Shown here piece after piece: positions 39,301 to 51,055 of a DNA stretch of 64,000 nt (position 1 is its first letter; every line of letters starts with the position of its first letter). Both the position numbers and the translations under genes were made by a program. The notes below the pieces were generated by a model that was not told the origin of the DNA, did no database searches, and worked only from the letters and a program-made list of their open reading frames with translations. Source of the DNA: Selaginella moellendorffii (lineage: Eukaryota > Plantae > Lycopodiophyta); contig NW_003314372.1 in the NCBI RefSeq assembly GCF_000143415.4, positions 123,985-187,984 of the forward strand, in the 5' to 3' direction.

Positions 39301-40089
39301 CAACCTATGGACATTTTAATAAGGTTGGCACTTTCAGCCATCTATTGAGATTCATAACAATCTCAATTTGAAAATCATCCCATATTGAGATGGATCACTA
39401 TGGTCTATAATATATCTTGTCCACAATTCAAGACTATGTCATTCAACTCTATAAAGTTAACATACAGTTGGATTTGTTATCCCATGGTCATTATTATTGT
39501 AACTTCATAGTTATTCTCAAGGTGTGGTCTCACTTATAATATTCTTTACTTATGTTATCCTTACATATTCTTTAGGACCATCTTTACAAAATGTCCCGCT
39601 AGCTCACCTATATAAAAATATCATTTTGTTCTTTAAGTGCACTAAATTGTTCCAACATTTATAAAAGCTAACTTAAGGTATTATATACATTTCGATCATC
39701 CATGACTTTATCCTCAACTTCCTAAATATCATCTTATGACTCATTTACCATCTATGAGTCCTTTCCCTCAAGTAATCCTAGCCTTAATTATTTTCTTCTT
39801 CTTCTTCTTCTTTGGTATCTTCATCTCCTCATTGCAAATTCCTCAAGAATTCCAACAAAAGCCCTTATTCTTCTTGGCTGCTTCTCTCGCTATATTACCC
39901 TTCTAAATTGAGTGGTGATATATTTAGAAAGCCAGATTAAAAAAAAGCTCTCCCATCATTTGGACATTTATCCTAACATTAAAGATACTATTGACATCTT
40001 ACACCAAAGTCATACCATTTCAGTGCACCATCACCACAAATCCTAAAAAATAAACCATCCATTTCATACCCTTGACCACTATGAGGGAG

Positions 40090-40625
40090 ATTTTTTTAGC
40101 GGAGATAGAGAATTACTAAAGAAAGCTTTCAAAAGGAATTGCGAGTGAAAGTTTCCAAGCTTATACAAACATTTAAAAACTAGAAACACAGTCTTCCAGA
40201 TCTTATGACAATGGACGGCACAAATATAACTCCGATTTGTCATCAGAGATCATGGCTGCCAAGGCATCCGGCTCCTCATCCCTTGATCTGTGTGTGATTT
40301 CCTCGAGAAGTCCATACCACATCGACTTTCAAGCGCATGTTCAAGATTAACTGAGACGACGAATCGTGTTTCAAGGTGGTAGTCTTGCGGGGCCCTGTGA
40401 TCAGAGCCGAGGGGAGGTTGAGTTAATGGAGATCGTCATGCCCGAGCTGTGAAGTAAGTTTCAGAGGAGAGAGCGTTACCGAATCCGTTTTTGCGGGGTC
40501 AGCAGCAGCCATGAATTGTACCTCCAGTTTTGCTCCAAGGTTTTGGCCCAAATCTGAAAATTCACGGTTTTGATGTTTGTTTCCATGGAACTCCCACCCA
40601 AAATATTGAATCCATCTTGCAAATC
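40090..40625 (+). pseudogene. WWE + PARP-like pseudogene, copy 2
   Basis: DNGRHKYNSDLSSEIMAAK..PYHIDF; ELYLQFCSKV; CFHGTPTQNIESILQ (TTC CAT GGA ACT at 40581-40592); frameshifted. Confidence 0.7.
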
Positions 40626-40867
40626 TGACCAAGATCTTTGCAACTGATCCATGGGTGTCAATTCAATATTGCCACCCAAACTCATACTGCAAACCCGTCA
40701 GCCACCATGATCGTACTCTTGGATATGGGTTCAAGGCACAAAGTACCCATCCGTACATTAGCGATCTCCCAGCTTGTATGAGTTCCTGCTAAGCACAATA
40801 GATTTCTGTTTTTATTTTCTTTCCACAATAGTATTAGTTAGAATTGCCAATGTAGTATTTTAACAAA

Positions 40868-41166
40868 CTACACAAGTTTGCGCACTTTGCATTTTCCCAC
40901 AAAGCAATACATGCGCTTTGAACACCTCTCCTGACTCCTCTGCTCCAACATCCTCATTCCCTTGGTAGAACGCAAAGAAAATTTGAGAAGATCTTCAACT
41001 CTTTTTGCGTCTAAAAATGCCTTTAAACCTGAAAAAAAAACATTAAAACACATTAAAAAAACATAAAAAAAACATTTAAACGCACCTTGGATAGCCACAA
41101 CGTTTTGAAGCTTAAAGCAACCTTTGAAATAAGCTTTCCACGCTTCATAAGATTGGCTAACGGCAT
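40868..41166 (-). pseudogene. C-terminal exons of a Crinkler-like NTPase-nuclease paralog (left of gap)
   Basis: SYEAWKAYFKGCFKLQNVVAIQ | intron | GLKAFLDAKRVEDLLKFSLRSTKGMRMLEQRSQERCSKRM; same intron position as paralog B. Confidence 0.8.
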
Positions 41167-41312
41167 ANNNNNNNNNNNNNNNNNNNNNNNNNNNNNNNNN
41201 NNNNNNNNNNNNNNNNNNNNNNNNNNNNNNNNNNNNNNNNNNNNNNNNNNNNNNNNNNNNNNNNNNNCAATGATCTCAGAAAAGGAAAGGGAAAACGGCA
41301 GGCAGCAAACGA

Positions 41313-43465
41313 CTAGCTCGACATGCATATTAATAGTCTATGTTTCCACGCTTCATAAGAATTCCCTTGCTTGAATAACTCTCCCTTATTCTTCTCCCAC
41401 AGACGAACACCTCGGCATTGTGGGAAAACTTCTTTCAACGCCAACGCCATAGAAGCATTTGCAGGCCTCGTGTTCAGCAATACTTCCTTGACAGCTTTCC
41501 CCCTTCTGAAGCTGACACTCCCCGGCATGTCGCCAAGATTCAGGAACAAGATGGCGTATGGTACCTGGAGCTCTGGTGCTATCCCAGAAAACTCTCTGGA
41601 ACACTTTGCAAATTCTACATCCAGCTTCAGTGGCTGCCCCCAAAGACTGACTTTCAGCAGAACGAGTGTCATGGTTTCCAGGCTGAAAGTGTCACCCGTG
41701 AAGCCCACTAAGATCATGTCGACTCCCCCCTTTGGGCAGATGATTCCAACACCCGCCTTTCCCAGTGCAAACATTTGCTCCTTCGTGAGCTCTTTTGGTG
41801 GTATGTCGAGCCTTTTAAACTGCAAGCACAAGAACTTCGCTTTCGCCACCTTTTCCCAACCCTTCCGCTGAGAAACATCCTCTATGCAAAGAAGCGTCTT
41901 CCTGCAAAGGCTGCCACACAACTCCTCTAGAGTGAAGCAGTCAAACACATGCTTCTCTAGTCTGTCCACTGCAAGTAACAGCAGCAGTCGTGCCACAAGC
42001 TCCGCTTTGCAACCAGCATCGATCCAACCTTTCTGGAGCCCTTCCTGAAGCTCTTCCAAACAAATCTTCCACCCGGAAGCCTTCGGCTCGTTGATTGGCT
42101 GTCGCCGCAAAACAAGAGCTGCGGCCGCTGCAACTGCTGGCTCCACGGCCCAATCCGTCCAGACACGCTCTCGGTCGTCCGAGATGGACTCGACGGTAAG
42201 CAAATGGCTGGCAACCATGCGAGAGACAATGCTGGCCTGCGGGTTAATGTCGATGCACACCCTGGAGCACAGCACAGCCAACTTGGCCTCTATCGATATC
42301 GTTCCATTGTGATGAAACTTGTTAGATGTTCCAGTACCACCAAGAAGCTTCTCCACAGCAAGGACCTGTACCCGACTTCCACAAGCCTTGTACATTGCTG
42401 CCCACAACGGACGGCCGTATGCAAAGAGACGACCCGAATCTGTGACATGATCGAGCGAAAGGCTGCCTGTTTCCGGTGGCGAGCGCGCCGCAAACATGCA
42501 GTAGAGAGGATGTGCAACGACCGCTCCTTCTGCACCGACACGGTCGCCGGGATGAGCCTCTGGACCCGGAGCTAAGCTCTTGATAATACTGCTGCAGGTG
42601 TCGATGAAGATAGCAGCCACAGCTCCTGTGTTTGGCAGAACCCTGGTAGCTCTTGTCCTGTCGCTCCTTCATAATGGCCGTGAGCAAACCATCGGGCTTC
42701 GTCCATGACGAACAAAACTTGGAGCTTCCCACTTGGAGACACTGGCAAGTCCTTGAGTTTGTTACGAATTTTCGTTCTCCTGCTCGCAAGTGGCAGCAAG
42801 TCTTCCCATTCGTCCCAAACGTTGGATTCCTTTCCATGCAGGCGCAAGAGAACCGGCTGCAGCTTCCGAGACAGCTTCTCCCGGTTGTGTTTCCGACCAT
42901 TGATCTTGTCCCGCACTATATTCCAGACTCTGGCTCCAAGCATCAGCTCCTTCAGGAATGCTTCCGGCTCCAACTTCGTCTCCACGGCTGTGTCGATGCA
43001 CGATTCGAAGTAGTCCATGCAAAAGAGCATGAACCTGCTCTGCGACACAAGCAATGGCCCCGAGCTGAGCAAGGTGACAGCGCTGTCGTAGAAGAAATCG
43101 GCAATGGTGGACCTTGGAGGGTACGCGGAGCCGGAGGCCGAGGCGAAGGAGCAGTAAACCACGAACACACCCCGAGTCGCAAGCTCACACGTAGTCCTCG
43201 ACTTTCCCCAGCCACTCGACTGTACCATGGTCACCATGGGCGCTATCCTGTTCTTCCCACCCAGCCAATCCTCCCCTACTTCCTGGAGCTCAGCGCGCAA
43301 GAGCTCCACATTGTCCAGACCACTCACAGTTTGATACTTCCGTTCGAATGCTTCCTTCAAAGTCGAAAGTACATGGGGCGCGCACAAGCGTGGCTCATCC
43401 TCCTCAACCTCCTCGCTACTCCTGGAAAAGACCTCTTGCCTTGCCCTCTTCCTTGTCATCCGCAA
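41313..43465 (-). pseudogene. Crinkler-like NTPase-nuclease paralog C; frameshift at ~42660, diverges after YEAWK
   Basis: MVTMVQSSGWGKSRT, LFVMDEARW, GRPLW, ELVARLLLLLAVD. Relative to paralog A, 22 nt are replaced by GACAGG (net -16). Putative nuclease QxK is replaced by KVS. Confidence 0.88.
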
Positions 43466-43559
43466 ACCCTAACTAGGTTAAAAAGACGGTACTGCAAAAG
43501 CTAAATTGAATATCAAAGTAAACTTATAATAAATGAAAGATTTTCCATGAAAGGAAACA

Positions 43560-43960
43560 TTAAGTTTCACCTAGATTTCTGAGAGCCTTGTTGCGTCTCT
43601 TGAGACCACTCAGCAGAAACGGATTTGGCTTAACACTCTTTATCTTTGGAAACTTGCTTTGCAACTCTGGCACGATGAAATCCGTATCCAAAAGCTCGTT
43701 CAGAAGCAAAACAGCACCATATATCTCGGCTGCGATTCCAGAACTTGATGCCACTCCTAGTTCGCGTGTTCATGGTGCTGAAGCCAATGCGGCATGAATC
43801 TCCTGAAGGGTGGGAATTGAAAACAATGACAGATTGTGTGACCGTATTTCCTAGAAGCCATGATCTTTGGAGACAACTAGATCAATGTTTTTGAACAAGC
43901 ATATTCTAATTACTTAAAAACGGATTTACGGCACTTTTAACAATCAGCATATTCTATCAT
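43560..43960 (-). pseudogene. WWE + PARP-like pseudogene, copy 3
   Basis: Shares start context CCTAAATGATAGAATATGCTGATTGT with copy 1; SKIMAS.., CRIGFSTMNTRT, LLLNELLDTDFIVPELQSKFPKIKSVKPNPFL. Confidence 0.65.
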
Positions 43961-43993
43961 TTAGGGCATTATTCTTTTAGGGCTCCACAGGGA

Positions 43994-45010
43994 ATGGAGA
44001 AGGCTGCCCTGTTCGTGGTCTACTGCGGCGCGGGCTACAAGGGAATGCAGCGCAATCCTGGCGCCTTGACGATCGAGGGAGTGTTAGAGGAGGCCCTGGG
44101 GCGAGCTGGGGCGATCGGATCAAATGGGTGCTCCAGGAACTGGCTGGATTGGAAGCGCGCCGCAAGAACTGACAAGGAAGTGAGCGCCCTAGGGCAAGTT
44201 GTGTCGGCCAGGCTCTACCTCACCCCCGATCTCGTCCATCGCACCAACGAGTTCCTCCCAGGATCCATCCAGCTGCTGGGATTCAAGCGCGTCCCGGACG
44301 ATTTCAGCGCCAAGAAGATGTGCGATTCGCGGCGCTACGAGTATGTGCTTCCAGTCTTTGCGTTTGATCCGCGGACTGGGGATGATCTGGAGGAGGAATT
44401 CTTGTTTGATTTCGAGCGATTCAACCAGATCTTGGGACGATTCCTGGGGACCGATCACAGTTTCCACAATTTCTCGTGGCGCGTCCGGCCGGGCGACCGC
44501 GAGGCGCGGCGGACAGTGGTGGAATTTCGAGCGGCGGACAAGATCTGGATTGGAGGGAGCGAGTTTGTGAGGATCATCGTGCTTGCCCGGAGCTTCATGG
44601 CATACCAGATCAGGAAGATGGTGGGATTGGCAGTGGCGGTGATGCGAGACATCGCTCCAGTCACGACGATCAATCGGGCGCTAAGGAGGTAACAAACAGA
44701 GTGATCTATTCATCATGGATCATCGAACACTTTTCTTTCCTATGGCAGCGAAGTGGATGTGATCGTCCCCACTGCTCCGGAGGTGGGGCTTTTGCTGGAC
44801 GAATCCTTCTACCACGACTACAACGCAGCGGCGTCCACGCCCGAGGAATCGAGGATCGCTCTGGGGCTGGAATTTGGGGAGGCGATGCAGGAATTCAAGA
44901 GCAAGGTGATCTACGCGCACATTGCTCATCGCGAGCGCGAGCAGGGCATCGTTGCCAAATGGTTACCCTCTCTCAATGCCAAAAACTACTCGGCTCTGAG
45001 CATATGCTAG
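43994..45010 (+). CDS. tRNA pseudouridine synthase, TruA/PUS1 family; exons 43994-44688 and 44749-45010
   Basis: YCGAGYKGMQRNPG..TIEG, AARTDKEVSA (catalytic Asp), CDSRRYEYVLP, HSFHNFS, SFMAYQIRKMVG, PTAPEVGLLL; 60-nt GT-AG intron. N-terminus may be truncated. Confidence 0.88.
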
Positions 45011-45087
45011 GAATTTCGTGTGTATTTTTCCGCCCATTTCAAAACAATTAGGGCTAGGTTGGCGGGGGAATCGAGTGTGATGACGCT

Positions 45088-45247
45088 GTGCGTGCGGCTT
45101 GTAAAATCCCTTGGAAAGAGGCATTCCAACAGAATTGTGTACAATGTGACAATGTGGAGCTCTTGCGCGCTGTGTTCCAGGACATAGGGGAGGATGAGAA
45201 GAACAGTGTGACCATGGTGCAGTCGAGTGGCTGGGGAAAGTCGAGGA
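45088..45247 (+). pseudogene. N-terminal fragment D of the Crinkler-like NTPase
   Basis: KEAFQQ..DNVELLRA..VTMVQSSGWGKSR, ending abruptly after Walker A. Confidence 0.85.
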
Positions 45248-45805
45248 GATTTAAACCCCGCTGCAAGATGGATTCATGGGTGGTGGAAACAAACATCAAA
45301 ACCGTGAATTTTCTGATATGGGCCCAAACCTTGGAGCAAAACTGGAGGTACAATTCAGGGCTGCTCCTAACCCCCTCTTGCAAAAACGGATTCGGAGTAA
45401 CGCTCTGTATCCTCTGAAACTTCAACGATCTCCATCAACTCAACCTCCCAAAACCGAGCCTGGCAAGCTCTGAAACACGATTCTTCATCTTGCACAATCT
45501 TGACCAGGGACTTGAAGCCGCTCCTTATGTTGACTTGCTCCATGGTGCCAAAGTAGATGTGGTACGGACTTCCCAAGGAAATCACACCCAAATCAAGGGA
45601 TGAGGAGCTGGATGCCTTGGCAGCCATGATCTTCGATGACAAATTGGAGTTATTTGTAATAAATACTAAGTCAATCAGCCTTTTGGTATGAGAAAGGACT
45701 TCCTAAATGTTTGTATAAGCTTGTTTGTTTGAAACGTTCACTCCAAAGAACCACAAGAAAGAACTCCTAATTCCTTTTGAGTAAGTCTCATTTCCACCAA
45801 AATCT
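45248..45805 (-). pseudogene. WWE + PARP-like pseudogene, copy 4 (inverted partner of copy 2)
   Basis: YNSNLSSKIMAAK..PYHIYFGTMEQVNIRSGFKSLVKIV; RIQSVTPNPFLQ..LYLQFCSKV; CFH..ESILQRGLN; upstream AAGCTTATACAAACATTTA shared with ~40158. Confidence 0.7.
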
Positions 45806-47211
45806 TAGAATATGATCATGATAATTAAAGTACTGCAAGCTGTATATTAATATTAATGTAGTGAATTATTGAATTGGTTTCAATTCATATATAAACTAGG
45901 TTATCTAATATACACTTTTATATTTCATTTTTATCTTTCATGCACTCACATGCAATTCTAATTATCCCTAAAAGTAATTTGATTTATGCTTTTTGTTTAG
46001 ATCTAGCTTTTCCATTTTCTAGATCTCTCTTATTCCTATAGGTTTTTCATTTATTCTTTTTTATTTGTTTTTATTTTTTATTTCATCTTTATGGCAGAAT
46101 AACATACACCTCTTTTGACTTTAGAGTAGTAATTGGTGTAGTTGTTCAATGTTAGGCAATTGCAATTAATCAATTAGACTCAGTTGATGCCGGTATTTAA
46201 GGCATATGGTGTAGCTTCTATTGCTCTTACTGTCAATCCTTGTGTTTAGCCACATTTTTTCTGTAAATATCCTTAGGATGATATGTACCATTAATTTGAT
46301 TACTTTATGATGATTATATTATATCATTTTTTGGAATAATGCTTTTAAATGTGCATTTGGACATGCTAATGATTGTGAAAATGCTTCATAAGCCAAATCA
46401 AATTGATGTGGTTAACATTTTATTAAGATTTTGTAAAACTTATGCATGCATTTGCACTAGCCACCTTTGATAGCACTATGCATGCATTTGCACTAGCCAC
46501 TTTTGACAGTGCTCTTCAACGAATATAACTGAGTAAGGTTTTTTTTGCTTATACTCATGTTCTTGCCCTTACTTGTAAAATAATGATAAACAAACAGAAA
46601 CAAAAATATAGAGAAGAAAAGAAGAATAATAAAAGAATAGAAGAGAACTTAACCTTGAACTCCAAAGGCGTGAATAAAGATAAGTATATGTCATTTTCTC
46701 AACTTTACATTGCATAAACAGTCATATATAGGAGAAAAAATGGTTAATTCAATGCAAATGCATACAATAGTGAGTGGGGGTTAGTTTTTAACATATCTAA
46801 GTGCTATTTATATACTACATGATTATATAATCATTCCTAGCTATTTCATACTTGTTTATAACAAATGTTGCCTAAGTTGGGTCTTTCTTTTTTAAATGCC
46901 TAAGCTTAAGCATAACTCTATTTTGTCTAAACTTCCTTCTTTTACTTTGTTTGGGAAAATACACAAGATAAAACATTTACCACCCCTACAACAAAGCTAT
47001 TGCCTATCCTTAGACAATTAGATTCTCCAAATCCTGCTCCAAATTGTTGAGCTTGGTCTTCATAGTGATAAGCTTGATGCTTCGGCATAAATCGTTGAAT
47101 TCTTTACACATGATTTGATTTTCCTGGTTAAGCATTATGCAGGCAGGGATGTATCATTCATTTGTAAGTTGAGTGGTACTTAGAGTAGCAAGGGTAGCTA
47201 ACTTTGTTATC

Positions 47212-47718
47212 TTGTGTCCAAGTTCGTAATCTAAGGACATTCTATATTTAGTAAGTTTTGAGCTTGTCCCAAAGACTAACTCCTAGTACTAAAAAGGAGG
47301 CTTGGGGTGAAAGGCCAAAGCATGTATTTTTTGTTCCTCAAGGGGGGGGGGGGGGGGGGGGGGGCCCTTGGGGTGGGCCAAGGGGCCAATTATGGGGGGT
47401 TCCAAATGTATAGTAAGGATAGTGGTTGGAATATTTGTCTAACCACTTGAGACATTAGTTTGGCTCCCGTTGGGTTGTGTCCTTCTTTATTTTACATCCA
47501 ACTTGGGTCTAAGCCCAAACTCCACGCTCCTCTAGTTAGTGGTGTACCCTCCTCTTCGCATTAGACCACCGGTATACCAAAATTGTGCCAAACACCATTT
47601 AACACTATTTTACGTGTAGGTGTTAGATATGGGGAGCTAGTGGTCGTAGGATTGTACTAGACCCTCATTTTGTAGTGTAATAGACTTGGAATTTAGCTCC
47701 AAATTTAAGTGCACTACA
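47212..47718 (+). mobile_element. Diverged LTR (3' part) related to the 25839-33096 family
   Basis: AATCTAAGGACATTCTATATTTAGTAAGTT..GAGGCTTGGGGTGAAA..poly-G..TTCCAAATGTATAGTAAGGATAGTGG; ends GCACTACA. Confidence 0.75.
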
Positions 47719-48267
47719 TCTTGTGGCCCTTTTCTAGAGACTTGTTTATTGATCACTTCATACTCTATCCTCAAGCAGTTCTTTGGGAGTTCCACTTTTG
47801 TTTTTGACTTTTCAAGTTAAAGCTTTAGTTCAAATGTGTTACACTTGTTTGGCTTCCATTTCTGCCACTACTATATGACACCCTTTTGGCTCCACTTTGG
47901 GGCCTTATGGATTTGTGTCTCATAGAAGCCAATAGGTAACTTAAGTTCATAAAGTAACATGTAGGCATAACTATCCACTTGATAATTGAAGTTATCGTAA
48001 GAGGAATGATTATAATGATAATTGAAGTGCAAAACATGAATACCCAAGGCAAGATGAGCATTGAAATTATCTACTTAGGGGTAATTTCAAAATTATTTAC
48101 CTAGCCATAAGGAAAATAGGCCTAAAGATTATAATCAACCTAGAGAATACAATTAGTTTAAAGGTGTACCTTTGGGTGTTGCTCATAAGATTGGACATGT
48201 GGAGCACTTGAACCAAGTGCAAAAGTTGAGTGTACAATAGGCCTAGAGATTATAAAAAGGCCAAAAG

Positions 48268-50343
48268 TGTAACTTATGTGATTATAGTATGAGATTTGGA
48301 TATACTGTTACAGTGAATCTTTGAAACTTTAGGGGATAAAATAACCACTAAGAGCTCTCTCATCAAACAATTGTCCCTTTTCCAGTTGGCTTAAGAAGAG
48401 AAATATAAAGTGTGCTACATGTGATATCAGAGAAAATGGAATATGTTTGATTATTATTGATTAATTGCTACTTAAAATATAATATACTCTTGAGCAAGGT
48501 ATATTTATACCCCTAAATTTGAAATCATATGTATTGAGCATCCACGTATATGTCCTTCATTTTGTGGAGCATCCATGAACAAAAGTATCCACCATGGGAC
48601 TATGGTACGAGTGGATGACTAGTTGTTTCACATGGAATAGTTAGTCTACACAATAGAAGAATTAATAGATTCAGTGTAGAAATGAGGTGTTAGTTCCCCT
48701 TAGCTTAATAGAGGTTGTTAGTCAATAGTCAATGAGGACATTGATGTAAATCACAAATTTTTCCTTTTTAATTTATCAGTTTATCTCGTTTATTCGACCA
48801 CCACTGCCTTGGCCTTAATTAAATTCCCTTGTTAATGTTCTTGCTTATTGTACTAATTCCTACTTAGTTGTACTTGGTTTCAGCTACTCACTTCATAAAC
48901 ATTAGTGTTAACCATCCAAAACTTAATCATGGGACCCTTTAAATCCCAAGCCCTCGGTGCATCACTTGCTTCAGGACCTCAAGAGGAAATACCATGGTCT
49001 AATGGCCTAGTATGGGTACCTCTACTCCCCCACTTCCATCTCGAAGGGAAGGCCCAAGCCCTTAGAAAGGAGCGAGGACCAATAAACCACAAGGTACTCA
49101 AGTGGGGCACCACTCCATATAAGCCAAGAGCATTATAGTCAGTTTCCCTTCCGAGAGTGTTGCTCTTAAGTACTTCCTTGGGTGGCCCCTTCAGCACCAC
49201 TTGAGTCCATACTCACTCCCACCCAAAGCCCTTAAGCCCCAGTCTCAACCTCAAGTTGGCTTAGAAGAACCATTAGAGAGTTCCTTCAAAACTAGCTCTT
49301 AGACCCACAATTGCTACTATACTTTTGGAACCCACTGTAGCCCCCCTCCCCCCCCCCCCCCAACAATCACTTTAGGCTTTCACCCCATAACCTATATTAG
49401 TATTCAAACTTAGTCTCGAACTCAATCTCAGACTTGACCTTAGACTCGGTCTTGAACTCTATCTTGGACTCGATCTCAATCTGACCTTGGACTTGGTCTC
49501 AGACTCGATCTCAAACCTTGGATATGGTCTCGGACTTAGTCTTAGAGTTGGACTCGATCTTGAACTCAGTCTCAAAATCGGTCTCGAATTTGATCTTAGA
49601 CTTAGTCTCATCTAATAAACTCTTTATCATTCCAATCGTGATTTAGAGTTCCTTCAAAATTAGTTTTTGGACTTCACTATCCTTACTATACTTTTGGAAC
49701 CTCCTGCAACCACTCCCCCCCTCCCCCTTATGGGACGATCGATTTGGGCTTTCACCTCACGATCTGTATTAGTATTCAAACTTAATCTCAGACTCAACTT
49801 CGGACTCAACCTTGGACTCAACCTTAGACTTTGTCTTAGAATCAGTCTCAGACCCAATCTCAGATCTCAGACTTGGTCTCGATCTCAGATCTTGGACTCA
49901 ATCTCGAACTCGTCTCGGACTTGATCTCGAACTCATCTCGGACTCGATCTCGAAATTGGTCTCAAACTCATCTTGGACTCAATCTCGAACTCAGTCTCAA
50001 AGTTGGTCTTGAACTCGATCTCAGACTCGGTCTCGAACTCAGTCTCAAAGTCAGTCTCAGACTCAATCTCAGACTCAGTCTCATCTGATGAACTCTTTAT
50101 CATATCTAGTCGTGGTTTTAGGGATCCTTTAGCTTACGACACCTCAGGAAGTTGATTTCTTACAATTGACATCTCTAAAAGAGGGGGTAAGTGTAGCGTA
50201 TGTGATCATGGGATGAGATTTGGATATACTGTCATTATGGATTCTTGGAATATTAGGGGATAAAATAACTACTAAAAGCTCTCTCATCAAGTAATTACCT
50301 CTTTTTCAATTGGCTTAAGGGGAAAAAGATAAAGTGTGCTACA
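48268..50343 (+). mobile_element. TRIM-like non-autonomous LTR element; 152-bp LTRs 48268-48419 and 50192-50343
   Basis: TGT..ACA direct repeats; TSD AAAAG (48263-48267, 50344-50348); PBS-like TGATATCAGAG at ~48423; PPT AAAAGAGGGGG before the 3' LTR; non-coding interior. Confidence 0.88.
49405..50082 (+). repeat. Two degenerate 12-bp tandem arrays (consensus ~GACTCRRTCTCR), 49405-49610 and 49778-50082
   Basis: Visible periodic units such as GAACTCAGTCTC/AGACTCGATCTC, inside a duplicated block within the TRIM. Confidence 0.85.
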
Positions 50344-51055
50344 AAAAGAGTATGATCAAGCTAAGACTTTTGCTTGCTATCCTATGCCATACAATCAAGC
50401 TAAATCATCAAACAAAAATGATAGGCCTCCTAAGAATACACAAGCTGCAGTCACACAAGTTCAGATAGAATGGTTAAATACAAAAGAATTACCTAGCATT
50501 TGTATCATGACCAGAGCTTAACAAAGATGAGTTAAATCTAAAACCCAAGATGAAGGGAGTGATGATGAAATAGAAATCATCCCCAATAAGAAAAAGATCA
50601 ATGTAGAAATCACTTAACAAATACAAGACTTGAAACCACAAGTCGATTTAGAGAATAATGATTCGAACACAGAGAGTCCCAGACCTTTACAAGCTAATAT
50701 AAATTTACCATTAGCAAAAAAAGAAAATCCTATACTAAAACTAAATGGCAAGGATGAAAAAAAAAGTAGTAAAAGGCATTTTAAATGCCAAAATTAGACT
50801 CACTCTAAACCAACTTTTTGCTATAACACCTTACCTTAGAGTTGTATTGCTCAAAAAGCTCTTGCTTAAGAAGTTTAGGCTAAAATGATCACAACTAAAA
50901 AACTCACTAAAACGAAGAGGATGAGGTTATAAAAGAGGGTTTAGGTGAGCCAAAAAAGTATGGACTTAGTCTTCTTTAGTCCAACTATGCATTTTATAGC
51001 AACACACCCTTGGTAAATCATTCTAGTGAGATGAGGCAGCCATAACAATAGTAGA

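Noticed and set aside
37383-41374. ORFs containing X runs
   Set aside because: Artefacts of N gaps.
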